Source of the DNA: Iphione sp. A-MEVVRFRX5
Lineage: Eukaryota
Direction: 5' to 3'
NCBI GenBank assembly: GCA_976226885.1
Contig: OZ320317.1
Span: 74,958,001 to 75,022,000 of the forward strand
Length of the DNA stretch: 64,000 bases
Shown here: positions 49,735 through 63,020 of the stretch, one piece after another
Layout of the letters: each line of letters starts with the position of its first letter
Position numbering within the stretch: position 1 is the first letter of the stretch
Notes under the pieces: generated by a model
What the model was told of the DNA's origin: nothing
The model's input: the letters and a program-made list of their open reading frames with translations, nothing else
Databases searched by the model: none
Program-made: the position numbers and the translations under genes

Positions 49735-52534
49735 CACAGTGACGCAAACTGTGGTGTCTGATGACGAAGTCCTTCCCTGTGGAGAGTCGCACTGTCCTAG
49801 TTGAAGTTTCGGACCGCTGTTACAGATGGCTACATCAAAAAAATCAAAACAAAATGTGTACCTTCATATTGACGCCAGACTCAAAATGTGGGCTCACAGA
49901 CGGAAGCAAGGTGGGAGGAACAAGGGAGAAAAGAAGGGGAGGAGGGAAGATCATCAAACATGCAGTATTCTTATATGACCGCTGTGAACCAACGACTTTA
50001 AGAAGTTCCTCCATTGTAATTTAAGTGAGTACGACCTGTGCCACCTAATAAAGGCTATGGGTAATTACTACTGAATTACAAATAACACAGAATAGGCCTA
50101 CAATGTGCAACTGGGCGAACCTTTTAGTAAAATGTGTCATGCATCTATGTGCGATCCGGCACGGCTGAGCTCTCTACCCAGCCACCAAGTATGACTGAGA
50201 ATTGACAAGTTCACCTTCTACAGGTCATTCTTAAGCAGTGTAGCTTGTTAATGCTGAAAGATGTCCATTAAGGTGTGCCATTCACAGTCCGTTTAATTCC
50301 GCACGTAAGTGTTATTCAGGCACGTACACACACATACACAATGTCTGTTTTTGCATCACAAGCAAAGCCACCTAACCATGTACAGGCAAACCTATTATGG
50401 ACACACAACGGACTAAAATTTCTTAAGGTTGCTGCTGAAGCAGTGTGCTTCCAACTAAATAAATTTTTCCACAAGAAAGTGATACAAGTAACAAAGTGAA
50501 ACAACAGTATGCAGTCTGCCGCATCCTCTTTCTCTTCCTGATGCAACCAATACTGAACCCACAAACCGCAAATAACACTAGAGTAAACAGGTCTTATATA
50601 TGCTCCTGTTTGTGTCCGCTGTTTATCGAGCATGGTGAAGTGAGCATAGTATACATGGGGCAGGACGACTTCACAAGCAAATGTCTATTTCAGTATCACG
50701 GACTGGGACCCAGTTTTCCTTATAAATGTAGTCAATTTTCCGCACAGCATACTGCAATGACTTGACTCGGTAGCACCAACAGAGCAACAGGCCTAGCCTC
50801 GTTTAAAATTGCATACTGCAATGTGGAGCCACTGAGCAGATAACACAACAGATTATATCAAGACGTGTTTTTGTGTCGACTAGGGGTTCATTAGATCAAT
50901 AATTATCTTACACGTCAGTTGCGGAGGTGATCGCCATCGTTAGTTCCCCGATGTCGCCACACAGTAAGTGTATTCAGGTAAAATACTCACATGACAGGGG
51001 CCTAGAGCCAGCATTTAATCAATACGCTCACTACCTGCTTCCTATCAGAGTTCGTCTTCAATTGTTTAACTTGATGTAGATTCTAGATTGTATTAAACTG
51101 ATAAAGGATGTCCTTCGAAATTCCCTAAGCAAAATATGTGAAATCAAACGGAGCAATATGTCATACCCAGTATTGAACTTTAAAACCACACACTGGTCAT
51201 TAGATAAGGGATTTTAAAACTTTCCCCCCCTATACACATTTTTTGCTAGATATGTACACATACAAATTCCTGAATAGAGTACTATATCTATATTTTATAT
51301 CTGTGGTGCATCTTTATAGCAATGATTACAGTATAACTGGAGATCATCCCTTCCCCTTGTACGTACATGCACATTGTTAGTTAAATAAGGCTCAATTTCC
51401 TTGTACCTATGTAATATGTAATGTGAGGCCATGTTTTCACCATGGATTTGGGGAATACATAACAGCAGGAGGAATGTATCCACATACCAATGTAGTGTGC
51501 ATGTATACTGTTTTCATGGGTGTGTCACTGTGTTTGGAAATATGAGATGCCTCCATGTTTGTGGCATTTTTTAAAATATGCTTATGAACAAAAGTGTACC
51601 TCAAAAACCCGTGCCGAACATCCTATATAGATGGGATTTCAGTGCTTTAAGGGATTAGCAACAAGTGAATGTTTCACAGCGCTACACAGCCCTAAACACA
51701 TCACACATGGACATAGTACAGGGAAATTAAAGCCTTTAGAAGCAGTTGTATTGTGCCTATTTAGGCATCACTGTAAGCAATGCTAGGAAGTTGGCATGAC
51801 ATCAGGATGGCTACCGTATCCTTGTATATGGGTCTGGGTCCAAGGTGGGAGGTAGAGGGAGGTGGTTCTTCGTCTTTTGGGCTGTTGTAATGTTCTGTCC
51901 TACGATAACTGGAACAACATAATAAAGTTATACATGTATAAAGGCCCACTTTTAATATGACTGTGAACGGTTGACTAAGGGTCTGTTTCCATAAATGCAG
52001 AGTGCATACGAATTGTGTGTGTGTGCAGGAAATTATGGTAATATGTGAACAGATTGCTGCATATAACACTAACAGATCACCCCATGAGTGATTTTCCACA
52101 CTGCATTGTGGATTACGCCAACACAGAAGAATATGCATTGCATAATGGAAAGATGACCTAAGGTACATCAGGCCTCGTGTGCACTGTCTGCACTGTCCTC
52201 ATCCATGTATACTTCAGAGTGCTTTTACTGACATATAACCTGATGTATCCATATCCACACTCATATCTGTGCACTGTGAAAATGCATAACATGGGGTTAT
52301 GACAGATAATAATGGTTTTGAAAAACTACTAGAATGTAGCACTCATTTGTATCCTCTCACATGTATCTCACATGTACTTAGGGAGAGTTACACTTCAGCA
52401 GGCTAATTTTCTGTATTTGGAGTGAACCAGATATTTTATGATCATTGTTATTTCGTTTGTTTCACTTATCGGAGACCAGGCTCATGTTATATATTTATGT
52501 GTCTGCTTGTAATACTTTCTGTTAAAAAAGATCA

Positions 52535-52735
52535 AGCCTTTAAAAAAAATCTGTTTCTGGGAACGTTGACAAAATATAAGGTTAACTGGTAGGTAGTGTT
52601 TTTTTTTTTAATTTTCAGTGTTAATGGAGCCTGAATACAACAAAAAATGTTTTTCCTAGCCGAACTTTACCACTTCCACTGCTTCAACCTTAAAAGTAAC
52701 TTATACCATATGAAAGCTGAGGGCCCAAGCAAGAA
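52535..52735 (-). repeat. Dispersed repeat, homologous to 3480-3650
   Basis: Same ordered motifs in reverse complement. Confidence 0.55.
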
Positions 52736-54225
52736 TACGGTAGGCTGCATGTTGTACCGGTGGAGAAAAGTCTACCATTAAAAATAAAATCGAAATACGT
52801 CTGCAATACTAAACCAAAGAACTAGTTCGTTATTTATGGTCAGAAAATGATGAGTGGTCAGGGACGTTAAGATGAAGGACCAGTGCGAAAACGTCCACCC
52901 GTTTTAGTTTTAAGTTGGTATAGAATGCAGAAGGGAACACGACGCTGAACTGGATGGCGGACTCGCCAATGCCATGGCTAGGTGCGAACTGACGATGGAG
53001 TCAGACATCTGTCTGACAACATATTGAAACAACAAATGCAGTCAATTTAAGCACTCTGTTCTGACAATTGTCTCACAAAGGATCCTTGTGTCTCTTGTAA
53101 CGTTTACAACAATTTTTCATAGAGTAACGTCCAAGAGCAGCGATGTTGTCATGTCCTTGATTTGTAAAGAAATAAACACGGCTATACATGGACATCGTCG
53201 GAAGAGCCGGATGTAGTCTGGTGAAACTGTGCACGAAATAAATCGTTTGGTACTATTTCTATACATTGTCCCTTTCTATAACAGTAAATACACGTACTTA
53301 CCTCGTTAATTCAAGTTTCAAGGTTAATGTACTGTCTGTCCGAGTCGCATGCATCCAGCTGTGTATTAAAATCACCAGACGCCGGTTGTAAAGCTGACCG
53401 CCTGCACCACCTCCCCCAGTGGTCGATCTCAACAATCCTCCCGGCTACGCGTGTGACTCAGTGGGCGAGTCCATTAATCAGACAGGGGTGACAGTTTGTC
53501 TACATTCGCTAATGTCAACTTTAGCCGGGAAGTATCGAGGGGGAAAACTTGAGTAATTCTCGAGCCTTTTCGATGTTTATTTTGAGAATACCACATGTTT
53601 CAGTACCAAATTATGCAGACCGTAGTTGTGCAGTCACGGAATAACCCAAAGTAGTTACGTCACCAGAACGTGACTTCAACCATAGGCCAGACGATAGATT
53701 ATTTCATGACTGTGCGCGTACAGGGGGTGTGTACTGCACGCTGATGGCCGTTCCGTATAATGGAGTGTACGGAACTGAAAGGCATGGAAAGATAATAAAA
53801 AGAGGGAGAAAAAGACAAATGAATGTGAAATAGATACAAAATATGCATTGATATAAAATTTTATAATATAAACGTAAAAGAAAAACTAATTAAAGGAAAA
53901 CACAGGAGATGTTAGTTTCGTAAAAGAAAAAAGTAAACAAACCGGAAGTCGGTTATCAATGTCGTAAAAGAGACGTAAACATAAATAAATAACATATGTG
54001 CGTAAAATAATTTTTAAAAAGTGAAATACGATAAGAAATAGACAAAAGGCACATCTCTAGAAATAAAATAATCATAAACGGAGCAAAAGCAAAGGTAAAA
54101 ATAGTCAGAAGACAGGACGACATAACCATGGAAATGGAACGAATTCAGATGTAAACAAAGAGAGTTTGACAGCGTCGGAGCAGGGAAAGAGATAATAAGG
54201 CAGAAAGAGGAAAAATCGAAGCAAA

Positions 54226-56248
54226 ATGGAGGGGAATTTCGATTTAGACTTGGATATGGAGAATTGGTCGGATATGGAAGAAGAGGTGAATGACCACGAT
54301 GCGGAGGTTGACGTATCAAAACACCAAGCGCAGTTAAGAGCATTTATAGAGAGCAAAAGAAACAAAGAGACCATGAAGAAAACTACTCGTGACGTGGAAA
54401 AGATGCATCTTTGGTTGAAGAAAAGAGGGGAGAACAGAAAGATAGAGACAATACCACCAAGTTCATTAGACGTGTACATCGGGGAATATATTATGAGTCT
54501 TCGTAAACCGAATGGTGAAGAGTACGAGCCGACGAGTCTAACATCAGTATTTGGTTCATTGAAAAGATATTTAGAAGACCATGTCTACAGTGAAAACCTT
54601 ATGACATCGTATGCTTTTGATACGAGTAGGAAAGTCCTGCAAGCGAAAAGAAAAGACCTCAAAAGCAAAGGATTAGGAAATGCCCCAAACAAAGTAAGTG
54701 TTTAAATTTCGTTAAAAAAAAAAAACATCAATAAATAGAAATTGAAGGTAAGAAGCAAAAAAAAATATATATATATAAATGATCGAAATCATAATAGTTA
54801 AAAAGACGAAAAATAGTAAAAAGAAACAATGTCTTGTATTTATAGGCGGAGGTGATCACAGACGAGGAAGAAGAAAGACTCTGGCAGACAGGAGCGTTGG
54901 GCATCGACAACCCGAGATCACTACGGTCTACTGTATGGTACCAACTAACTAAATTCCTGGGCTTCCGCGGCCGGCAAGAAGCAAGATCTTTAACGGTAGG
55001 CGATTTGGCTATGAAAAGAGATAATGACAACAAAGAATACATAGAATTCAAAGAACGAGTAACTAAGACTCGTCAAGGAGATTCAAACCATATCAGATCG
55101 TTTGCGCCAAAGATATGGTGCAATGAGGATAAAGGTGAACGCTGTCCTGTGTTTATCCTTAGAGAATTTCTTGCACGACGTCCGAATGACACAATGAGTG
55201 ATGAAAGCCCTCTGTTCTTAAGCATCAATCATAAAAGACACCCAGACAGCAATATCTGGTACAGCCGCATGCCAATGGGCGTGAATGAATTAGGGAAAAT
55301 TATGCCAGAACTAGCTAAAATCGCAGGACTCAAAGGAAAAAAAACAAATCATTCGGTGAGAAAACGTACATGCACAAAGCTACTGCACGAAGGAGTTGAT
55401 CCCATCGTTGTGGCACAACTCTCGGGACATAGAAATGTACAGAGTTTAAATAACTACGCTGTTGCAAGTATTAATGACCAGAAGAAAATGTTCAACATCC
55501 TTGCGGGCAATAACACAACATCGAAGAAGGAGAACATTATGCCAGAGCAAGAAACAGCAAAAGTGAAGTTGACGAAGGAGGACCTGAATGTACAGAAGAC
55601 TGTGACGACCACTCAAGTTCATCGCAAATCAGTTTCGACAATCACATCCGTGGATATGACAAATGAAGTGAAGAACATTGTGCGTTATTCCCAGGTAAGA
55701 GGTAGAAAATATGTATAAAGAATAAATAAGTATAATTGCAAATTACGTACAATAATAGAAATCGAAAAAAAGAAAATTCAAATATATTTATTAGAATATA
55801 TAGATAATATATCCAAAATTGTGATTGTTATTACAGGAAAGCCTTGCATCGACTCAAGCCTACAGCGAAGAGGATGAGATGGAAAACGCAGAAAGTGGAA
55901 TGCAGGCGATTTGTGCTGGAGAAGAACGTAACGAGGTAGAAAAAAGATATGTTTTAAAAATAAAAAGAATCAGTACTGACAAATGTAAAACATTTAAAAT
56001 TTTGGAAAGCAATCGTATTTAAAAATGAAACAGATTTAGCAGTTTGAAGAGAGACCCAGAAAAAGAAAGAGGTAGATATGTAATGTAAGATTAACTTGCC
56101 TTTCCAGGAGTGGCCGAATGGTGAAAAGCAGAACATTTTCACGACGAACATGTCTTCAATGGAGAAATGCTCGAAACAGCTTAAAGGGATGATAAACTTA
56201 TCGAATATCCAAGGCAATATCACTTTTAACATTAACTTTCAGCAGTAA
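54226..56248 (+). CDS. Crypton tyrosine recombinase (DUF3504 / ZMYM-KCTD1-QRICH1-related), 4 exons: 54226-54693, 54846-55694, 55837-55935, 56108-56248; 518 aa, uninterrupted
   Basis: All three introns GT-AG, phase 0. Splicing gives GLGNAPNK-AEVITDEEEERLWQTGALG; catalytic R (FRGRQE), K (TKTRQG), HxxR (NHSVRK), H (SGHRN), Y (LNNYA); C-terminal NIQGNITFNINF. The exon-3 donor (GTAGAA) is weaker. Confidence 0.88.
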
Positions 56249-56651
56249 TTGATGCCGTTTGCTAGACATAGAAGAGATAACTTTCGAAAAAGAGAAACTA
56301 TATCAGCTAAACAATTAAATGCGTCGTAGACAATACCCCGGGAAACTGAAATCTCGGATGTAGTTCATGAGAGATTAATAAACCATTGGAATTGTTAAGA
56401 AATTACGAAAAAGTTAAAATAAACTTAAAACTTTATTGAAATAGATGTGTTTATTATTATTACTAGTACATACGATGAAAATTAAAGAAAAAAAAAAATT
56501 AGTACAGATTACGAAAATAAACGCGAGAAGATACATGCAAAACAGAGGAATCAAAATGGCGGCGTCGATGAAGACGGCAAGTTGAAATAGACATACTAAG
56601 TCCGAAAGAGAGGTAAATAGAGTCATGAAATAAATACAGAATGTAAGAACT

Positions 56652-56766
56652 GTGCGCATAACGTCGTTTATACACGTTTCTGATATGAAATATTTTGCAA
56701 CTCGACCTGCGGTCTCGTTGCAAAATATTTCATATCAGAAACTTGTATAAACGGCGCTACGCGCAC
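56652..56766. repeat. ~115-bp near-perfect inverted repeat (hairpin) at the Crypton 3' end
   Basis: GTTTCTGATATGAAATATTTTGCAAC...GTTGCAAAATATTTCATATCAGAAAC core, extending to GTGCGC/GCGCAC. Confidence 0.95.
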
Positions 56767-57129
56767 GGTGTTTACATTCTGTATAAATGCTGATGTTACC
56801 GGTACTGTAACTTGTAAAGCGAGCGAACCCATGATACGTCGATCTATTATCTGAATTCATGTCCTCTGTGGTTATCATTCGGTTATCCGCACCTCATCGA
56901 CTTTCTACTAAAAATAAAATTGTCCTATCCGTTGCACACATGGCCTCGCAGGTTTACCAAAAAGCATCTGGCAATTTTGCATGTAATCGAGGCAGAGGAA
57001 GAGGAGAGGAGAGGGAGAACAAGAATCAAGATGAAGATGCTGCTCCTCTGTCGGTCACGAGGTGGCGAGACTTAAGAGTGGGTCAATAAAATCAGTAAGC
57101 ATTGGAAGATGCAGGGGGGCCTTCAAGCA

Positions 57130-57400
57130 CCGTGCCCTGAAACTGGGCCTTGATGAGGAGCAGTTCAGGACTTGAGCCAAGTTGAGCCATTCGATGATGT
57201 GCTAAAGCAAGTGGGCCTTACATTCAAAAATTGTCTCTCACCTGAAGCTGTGGGGCCGAGCCAGCGGTTGGCTATCTTCATCAGGTGACAGGGAGATTCA
57301 TTGATTTCTGTTACAATAGATATGCCATTTCGGAATGACAACAACTGGACGTCCGAGTAATATAGCGGGTGGAAGAGTACAAGCCATCTCCACCAGGTGG
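57130..57400 (+). pseudogene. Decayed PIF/Harbinger transposase N-terminal fragment
   Basis: LDEEQFR...FDDVLKQVG...EAVGPSQRLAIFIR...GDS, read across stops and frameshifts; matches the Harbinger HTH region pattern. Confidence 0.6.
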
Positions 57401-57849
57401 AGTACTATTCAGACTAAAAGAAGGGTTGGGGCGCCACCTAGTGCGACTCCCTGAACTACTGGAGATGGGGAATGAAAACGTCATTTTATATGTTTAAAGC
57501 TGAGACCCTGATTGGCACTAGCCACGTACATCAGTATTTTCAGTCATTTTATATGTTTGTTGCTCTCAAATATTTCTGTACATGGACACCACATGAGCAT
57601 AAGTGTTGTATCTGCACGCAGTGTGTGCTTTACTCTGATTGGCTAATATACAGATAGCAGATTACGGCATTAAAAAAATTAGCAATGGCTGTCTCTTATG
57701 CGTGGATAACAAAGTGTTCGTAGAATGAGATGTTCAACTAAAGTATGATCAGATCTTGAGGTTGTTCATAAAGTCTGTACATAAAAGTTCTTGTAATATA
57801 GATATATACATATATAATGTCTTTGGCATAGCAAGTTTTAGCACCTTAA

Positions 57850-60075
57850 CCCTATCCTGACCGGGAAAAGTGTGGTTTGGGGCACTGGTAATGGTTGTTT
57901 CCAATGTCATGTCAAGCTGTAGCATTTAATACTCAAGTTACTGAGTAATGTTGTATATCAAAAGAAAGCCCTTGAATTACATGTTATTTTGAAAATATTT
58001 TTACTTGATTTATTTTGTTACCATGGCAACAAGACATCAATGAAAATAACATAGAAATTAGAGAATTTACATTAAATTTACCCTGATTTACACTACTGGT
58101 AGGTAAAAATTGAAAAATATTGCTCCTAGAAGAAAATGTTCCATTAAGAAAGTGTTCAGGAAGTGATTTCCAGTATTTTGATACCTAATTTATCCCTGTA
58201 TGTGATTTGAAACACATTTTGTCATGACGTGTAAGTACCGTAAAGTGGGGCTACTTTGCTTGTGTGGGGCTACTTTGTGGGGTAGTGAAAAAGTGTTGTT
58301 TTATGATGCCAAGCATCAAAAATATAATTTTCATATAGAAATTTCAATGTATACAAAAATGAAACATTTTAGCTTTATGTTTCAACCATTTTTATTTTTC
58401 GAGGTCAAATGAGGTCATCTCAGGATACATGCTAAAAAATGATCCTTTTTTTTACCTATTTTTTTGTGTGTCAAATTGTCTATGTAGATTCTACATTGCT
58501 GTGGGCAGCAGGAGATTTATGCCCACCACTAGCATCACTGTTGACTTTAGACCTTAGAACTATATGGGCAAAATGATGTTCCTACTAGTGAGTGAAATAT
58601 TTAACAGAATGCAAATGCATGTCAATTTTTTACAAAAATGGGGCTACTTTGTGGCCAAAAATGCCATAGGGGCTACTTTGGTGGATTTTTTTCTATTGTG
58701 ATAGTTTATTTCACATAAACTACCATGGCTTTGAAAACATCTGGCAGATTTAAGTGGTGACAATGAGATTCTACAGTCTAGATATAGATGACATGGAAGC
58801 TTTAATATTACTGCTCTTGTTCAAGGTCATCTATGGATTTTTGAAGGTCATGTAATAAAGAATGAAACATTTTAAATGAACAAAGTACCTAGACCCTATA
58901 TTTTTCAATACAGTTCATCGCTAAAGCTTCTCTCTTACTTCTATTGATGATGCTAATAAAATATAAGTGAGTTAAACATAAAAAATAAAAAGAGCTATAA
59001 ATAATGATAAAAAGAAAACAAGGCCCTGAAAATTATGGAATCATAATGCTTCACATTCCCCACTGAAATAAAAATGTTGTCTAGTAAATAAAAAAAGATA
59101 CAATGTATAAAGGGAAAGGCTTACAATAAGACACAAAAAGGGAAAAGTTGAAAAATGCTTTATCGAATCAAGAAAACCATATAGAAAAAAAACCCAACAA
59201 AGTAGCCCCCACCCATGGGGCTACTTTGTGGAGCCGAAAATAGCCTATTATTCTTAGGCAGTTGCTAGTGGTTACCATGGTAACAATCCATGTGACAGAC
59301 ATCTGTGGGTGCCTTCATATAAAAGTATTAGGCTTAGACTAAGGGAACCTCTTGCTAGTGAAAAAGTTAAAAAAGCAGTTTTTACCCTACAAAGTAGCCC
59401 CGCTTTACGGTATACATGTTTTGTGCAAAATAGTGCATCACCATATGCATCAGCATCACTGATGCATCATGGGATATATGTTTACGAGAAATAATCATAA
59501 TTGGTTAAAGAATACTGGTCAAATATGACTGTTAACAAAATAAACTATGAATTTCATCACCATTTTTTGGACAAAAAAAAATAACAGGCAGCCTTTATCA
59601 CATTAAAGTAATATGAAATATTTAAAAAATATTATATAATAATTACATACAGTTTTGTATTCGTAAAGAATGTTATAGGACATTATATGTTATGTGTGTA
59701 GTATTATTTCCACTTGTGATTCATCAAACAGCTCTGATCAGATAAAGAAATTAACACTCTTATGGTTTATGGTAATAAACTGAGAATACAAATTTAATTT
59801 ACCAGTTACTTACAGTATAAATGCATATTTGTATTAAAATATCTACTAGAATATGTAGAGATACTCATTTTTGAGGTTCTTACAAGACATGTGACTCCTT
59901 TTCCATGGTTACCCAATGGATTTTTAGAAGATTTCAAATGACAGTGAATGCCTTATGATTTCATCTTGTTTTGTGCCAAATATGAAAAAAATCTATGAAA
60001 GATCAATAATCTAGCCCTGGGGTTAAATAAAATCGATCACCAGTGATCGATTTTGCATTGGCGGTCAGGAAGGGG
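57850..60075. mobile_element. Non-autonomous piggyBac-like element (TTAA TSD) containing a nested MITE
   Basis: TTAA|CCCTATCCTGACCG...CGGTCAGGAAGGGG|TTAA (12/14 TIR match); no transposase ORF. Confidence 0.8.
58238..59410. mobile_element. 1173-bp Tc1/pogo-type non-autonomous element (TA TSD)
   Basis: TA|CCGTAAAGTGGGGCTACTTTG...CAAAGTAGCCCCGCTTTACGG|TA; internal repeats of GGGGCTACTTTG. Confidence 0.88.
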
Positions 60076-60299
60076 TTAATGTCTTTGGTGTTGGCTCTAT
60101 ATGACTTAGAAAAATAGATTCCTTTTTAGCAAAATGCTTAGGGCAAGATATGATATGGTATTGTTGTGTGGGGATGTACTTCCCTGTCTCCGCAAGTTTG
60201 AGGAGCAGTTGTCTCCGCAATTTAGCTACCCCGCACGTTATGGTTTGTGTATAAATAAAAGTGCATGCAGGGAGACTAGCACCAACAGGAGCATGGTGT

Positions 60300-62090
60300 G
60301 GTGAGCTCTGGCCTGGTGTCTGCTGTGCTGGCCTCATTGGCTTAGGAAGGGACATTGGCATTACGGCAGGCATCGATGGTGCAGCTACTGATTGCTTCCG
60401 AGATGATGGAGATTGAGGTGGCAGTGTTGGTTTGTCAGCAACACTCGGTGCAGGTATTGGTTCTGGTTTATTTGCCAGCTGGCACTGGAACAGGATTTAG
60501 TGATTGTTGCGGTAGTGGTACTGGTACATCAAATTCCGGTACCGTATGGTGATAAGTCGTTCCTCATGTAATTGTTCAGTCTCACCAGTTTTCAGTGTGT
60601 GATCAACATGGACATAATGGATGCTGTGACTGACTCGAACAAGGTTCCTAGGCAGTGGATAATGGTACCCGGACATATTTCACAGTGTTGCCATGATGAT
60701 TCTTGACCCTGACCCATTCGTTTTGCACAAACTCATGCAGTTTCGATGCATGCTGGTCATGTACTTCCATCACTTTTGCCTGTATCCAGAATTAGAATGA
60801 ATTAGAATGGGCGTTGACTACTATATTAGCATCATTTCACCCTTATACTCAGCAAAACCAATATGGATTCTATCCCAAGGTGACTCAGGATATTTCCACA
60901 GGTAGAGTGGTGAAGGTGGTGGTTCCTTCCTCATACTCTGGTATACTCTACAGTGTCTGATCAACTCTTCTATTGATGCATCTATCTTCTGATACCAGAA
61001 GTAGCTGCATGCGAGGCTCTTTGTTCTCACCATTCCTAAGTGCTCTATGTGGAGCTCTTCCAAGATGCATTCCTGCAGCTTAGCTGGAAAAATCATTCAC
61101 ATCCCCCACAGGAGGCATCCTTGGTCACATGATATCTCCATCCTACATGAGAAGTATAGTGCCAGATCATCATCTTTCATGTAATTTGGCCATCCACTGT
61201 GACCAGTGTGAGCTTTCTTCCATAGATATACTTATGGAACTTAGCAATTTCAAACATTATCACTAATGCTTCACATTCAAGCTGTGCATAATTGGCTTCA
61301 GCCTTTGTCAAAGTGCGGGATCCAAAGGCGCAATTGGACATTCCTCCTCATTCTCACAGACATGAGATAACACTGCAGCAACCCCAAAGGGTGAAGCATC
61401 ACAAGCTAGAATTATTTTCTTCTTGACATCATAGTGAGTGAGTACATCCTCACTTGTTAGGGCCTCCTATACCTTCTCAAATGAATCACAGCAGTCAGTG
61501 GTCCACACCCATGGAAACTCACTTGGGAGCAGGTGGTTGCGTGTGGCAAGTAGCATCGATAGGTTCTTGATAAAGGTGCCATAGTGGTTCACCATTCCGA
61601 GGTATGTACAGAGCTCTGACACATCCTTCGGCTCAACAACATTCCAGATTGCCAATACCTTATTCAGCAGTGGTCTTTGGTCCTTGGCATCAATAATATG
61701 GCCTAGGTACTTTACTTGATGGATCTTGATTTCACATTTCTCAAGTTTCACAGTAATGTTGTACTTCAGAAGATGCTGAAGCACCATCTCAAGTCTTCTT
61801 AACACTTCTTCTTTCATCTTTGCTGCTATCATTATGTCGTTGAGGTAGACACAGACGCCCAGTATTCCAGCCAATATCTTCGTTGTGATGGTCTGGAAAA
61901 TATGTGGTGCTGGCTTAATGCCATTGGCTCGATGGAGAACTTCATATAAGCCTTGGTTTGTGTTGATTGTCTGGTATTTACAAGAGCTTTCATCAACTTG
62001 TAGTTGTAAACATGCATTAGACAAGTTGAGCTTCATAAAATATTTTCCTCCTGCTAATGTGGCAAAGATGTCATCTGCTGTTGGCAAGTT
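60300..62090 (-). pseudogene. Decayed Ty3/Gypsy pol: RT, RNase H, integrase zinc finger/core and Pro-rich tail
   Basis: LPTADDIFATLAGGKYF; YLNDIMI (YLDD decayed); KYLGHIID; ACDASPFGVAAVLSH; HxxHLGMVRTKSLA.SYFWY; WDRIH. Confidence 0.9.
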
Positions 62091-62094
62091 GCAC

Positions 62095-63020
62095 TGAGGG
62101 GGTGGAGGTCCAAGTTCCTTGTGCCATGATTTGTGTCATTGAAGCTCCAGCCTTCTGTAGAGCAACGGCCCCACCCCTCCTGAAACGATGTAAGGTGAAA
62201 GGGGAATTTTCATACCCTATTTGTTTATTAATGACACTAAATGTGTCTGCTAGTTGCTTTGTTATAATAGGTAGCATTGTGTGGGGGTCTACGAATAAAG
62301 GTTGAGAATCAGTTATCTTGGGAGTGAGCACTAACATACTCTTCAGAGCAGCATGTGGGCATGTAAGAGTGTCTGTTTTCGGAAGATAAATGACTCTCTT
62401 ATTATTTCTATGTAACGTTTTTGACCATTTTACCACTACTTGAATGTGATCAGAATTTACTTGTATGTCGCCTGGTGTCAATTGCTTACTAGCATCAAAA
62501 TCGGAAATTGTCCTAGTAGCCAGGTTCGATTGTCTTAATAGAGAATAGAAAAGAAATGTATATGCAGAAATTAACGTAAGGCCTATCTGTCCAAGGTTCT
62601 TCAGATATAAGACTATCTTCTCGAGGTGACTCAGTGAGACTGTTGGCCTTCTTGTTACCTCATGGGATGACGTTTTATGTATACCTTTTAGGGCTGTATG
62701 CACAGCAGTAGTATCACATATGTCAGAAATACCAAGCCTCTTCAAGGCTATGCGAATGCTTGATACGTATTGAGAAATAACATTCGGTGATATACCCTGA
62801 CGCACTAGATATTCCAGAAAAATGAGGATTACATCTGGACCGATATTATACACGTCATAGTTATAGAACAAGCAAAAGGCAACAAAGGTTGATGTCTGAG
62901 CGATCCGCCTGTTGAATGTTGCTGGAGTGATGTCCTCCCGTTGCCTCTGGGCAGCCCTTGCTGATAGCTGGCGTAGCCTGGGGTCTGTAAGAACACTTAA
63001 GAATTCAGGATCAGCTTGAT
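62095..63020 (-). pseudogene. DIRS/Ngaro-type tyrosine recombinase, C-terminally truncated before the catalytic Tyr
   Basis: FYSLLRQSNL (R), VKWSKT (K), TLHRFRRGGA (HxxR), QGTWTS (W). Frame stays open upstream of the track start to ~63020, with no ATG. Confidence 0.85.

Larger units (their letters stand above)
53694..56790 (+). mobile_element. Crypton (CryptonA-like) tyrosine-recombinase DNA transposon, apparently complete; exact ends approximate
   Basis: YR gene inside; ACTGTGCGCGTA at 53709 is inverted at ~56758-56769 and repeated directly at 56649; large 3' hairpin. Confidence 0.75.

Noticed and set aside
51761-51908. Possible terminal exon on the minus strand (acceptor then YRRTEHYNSPKDEEPP...)
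   Set aside because: No upstream coding exon or homology could be established; a donor near 53300 looks non-coding.
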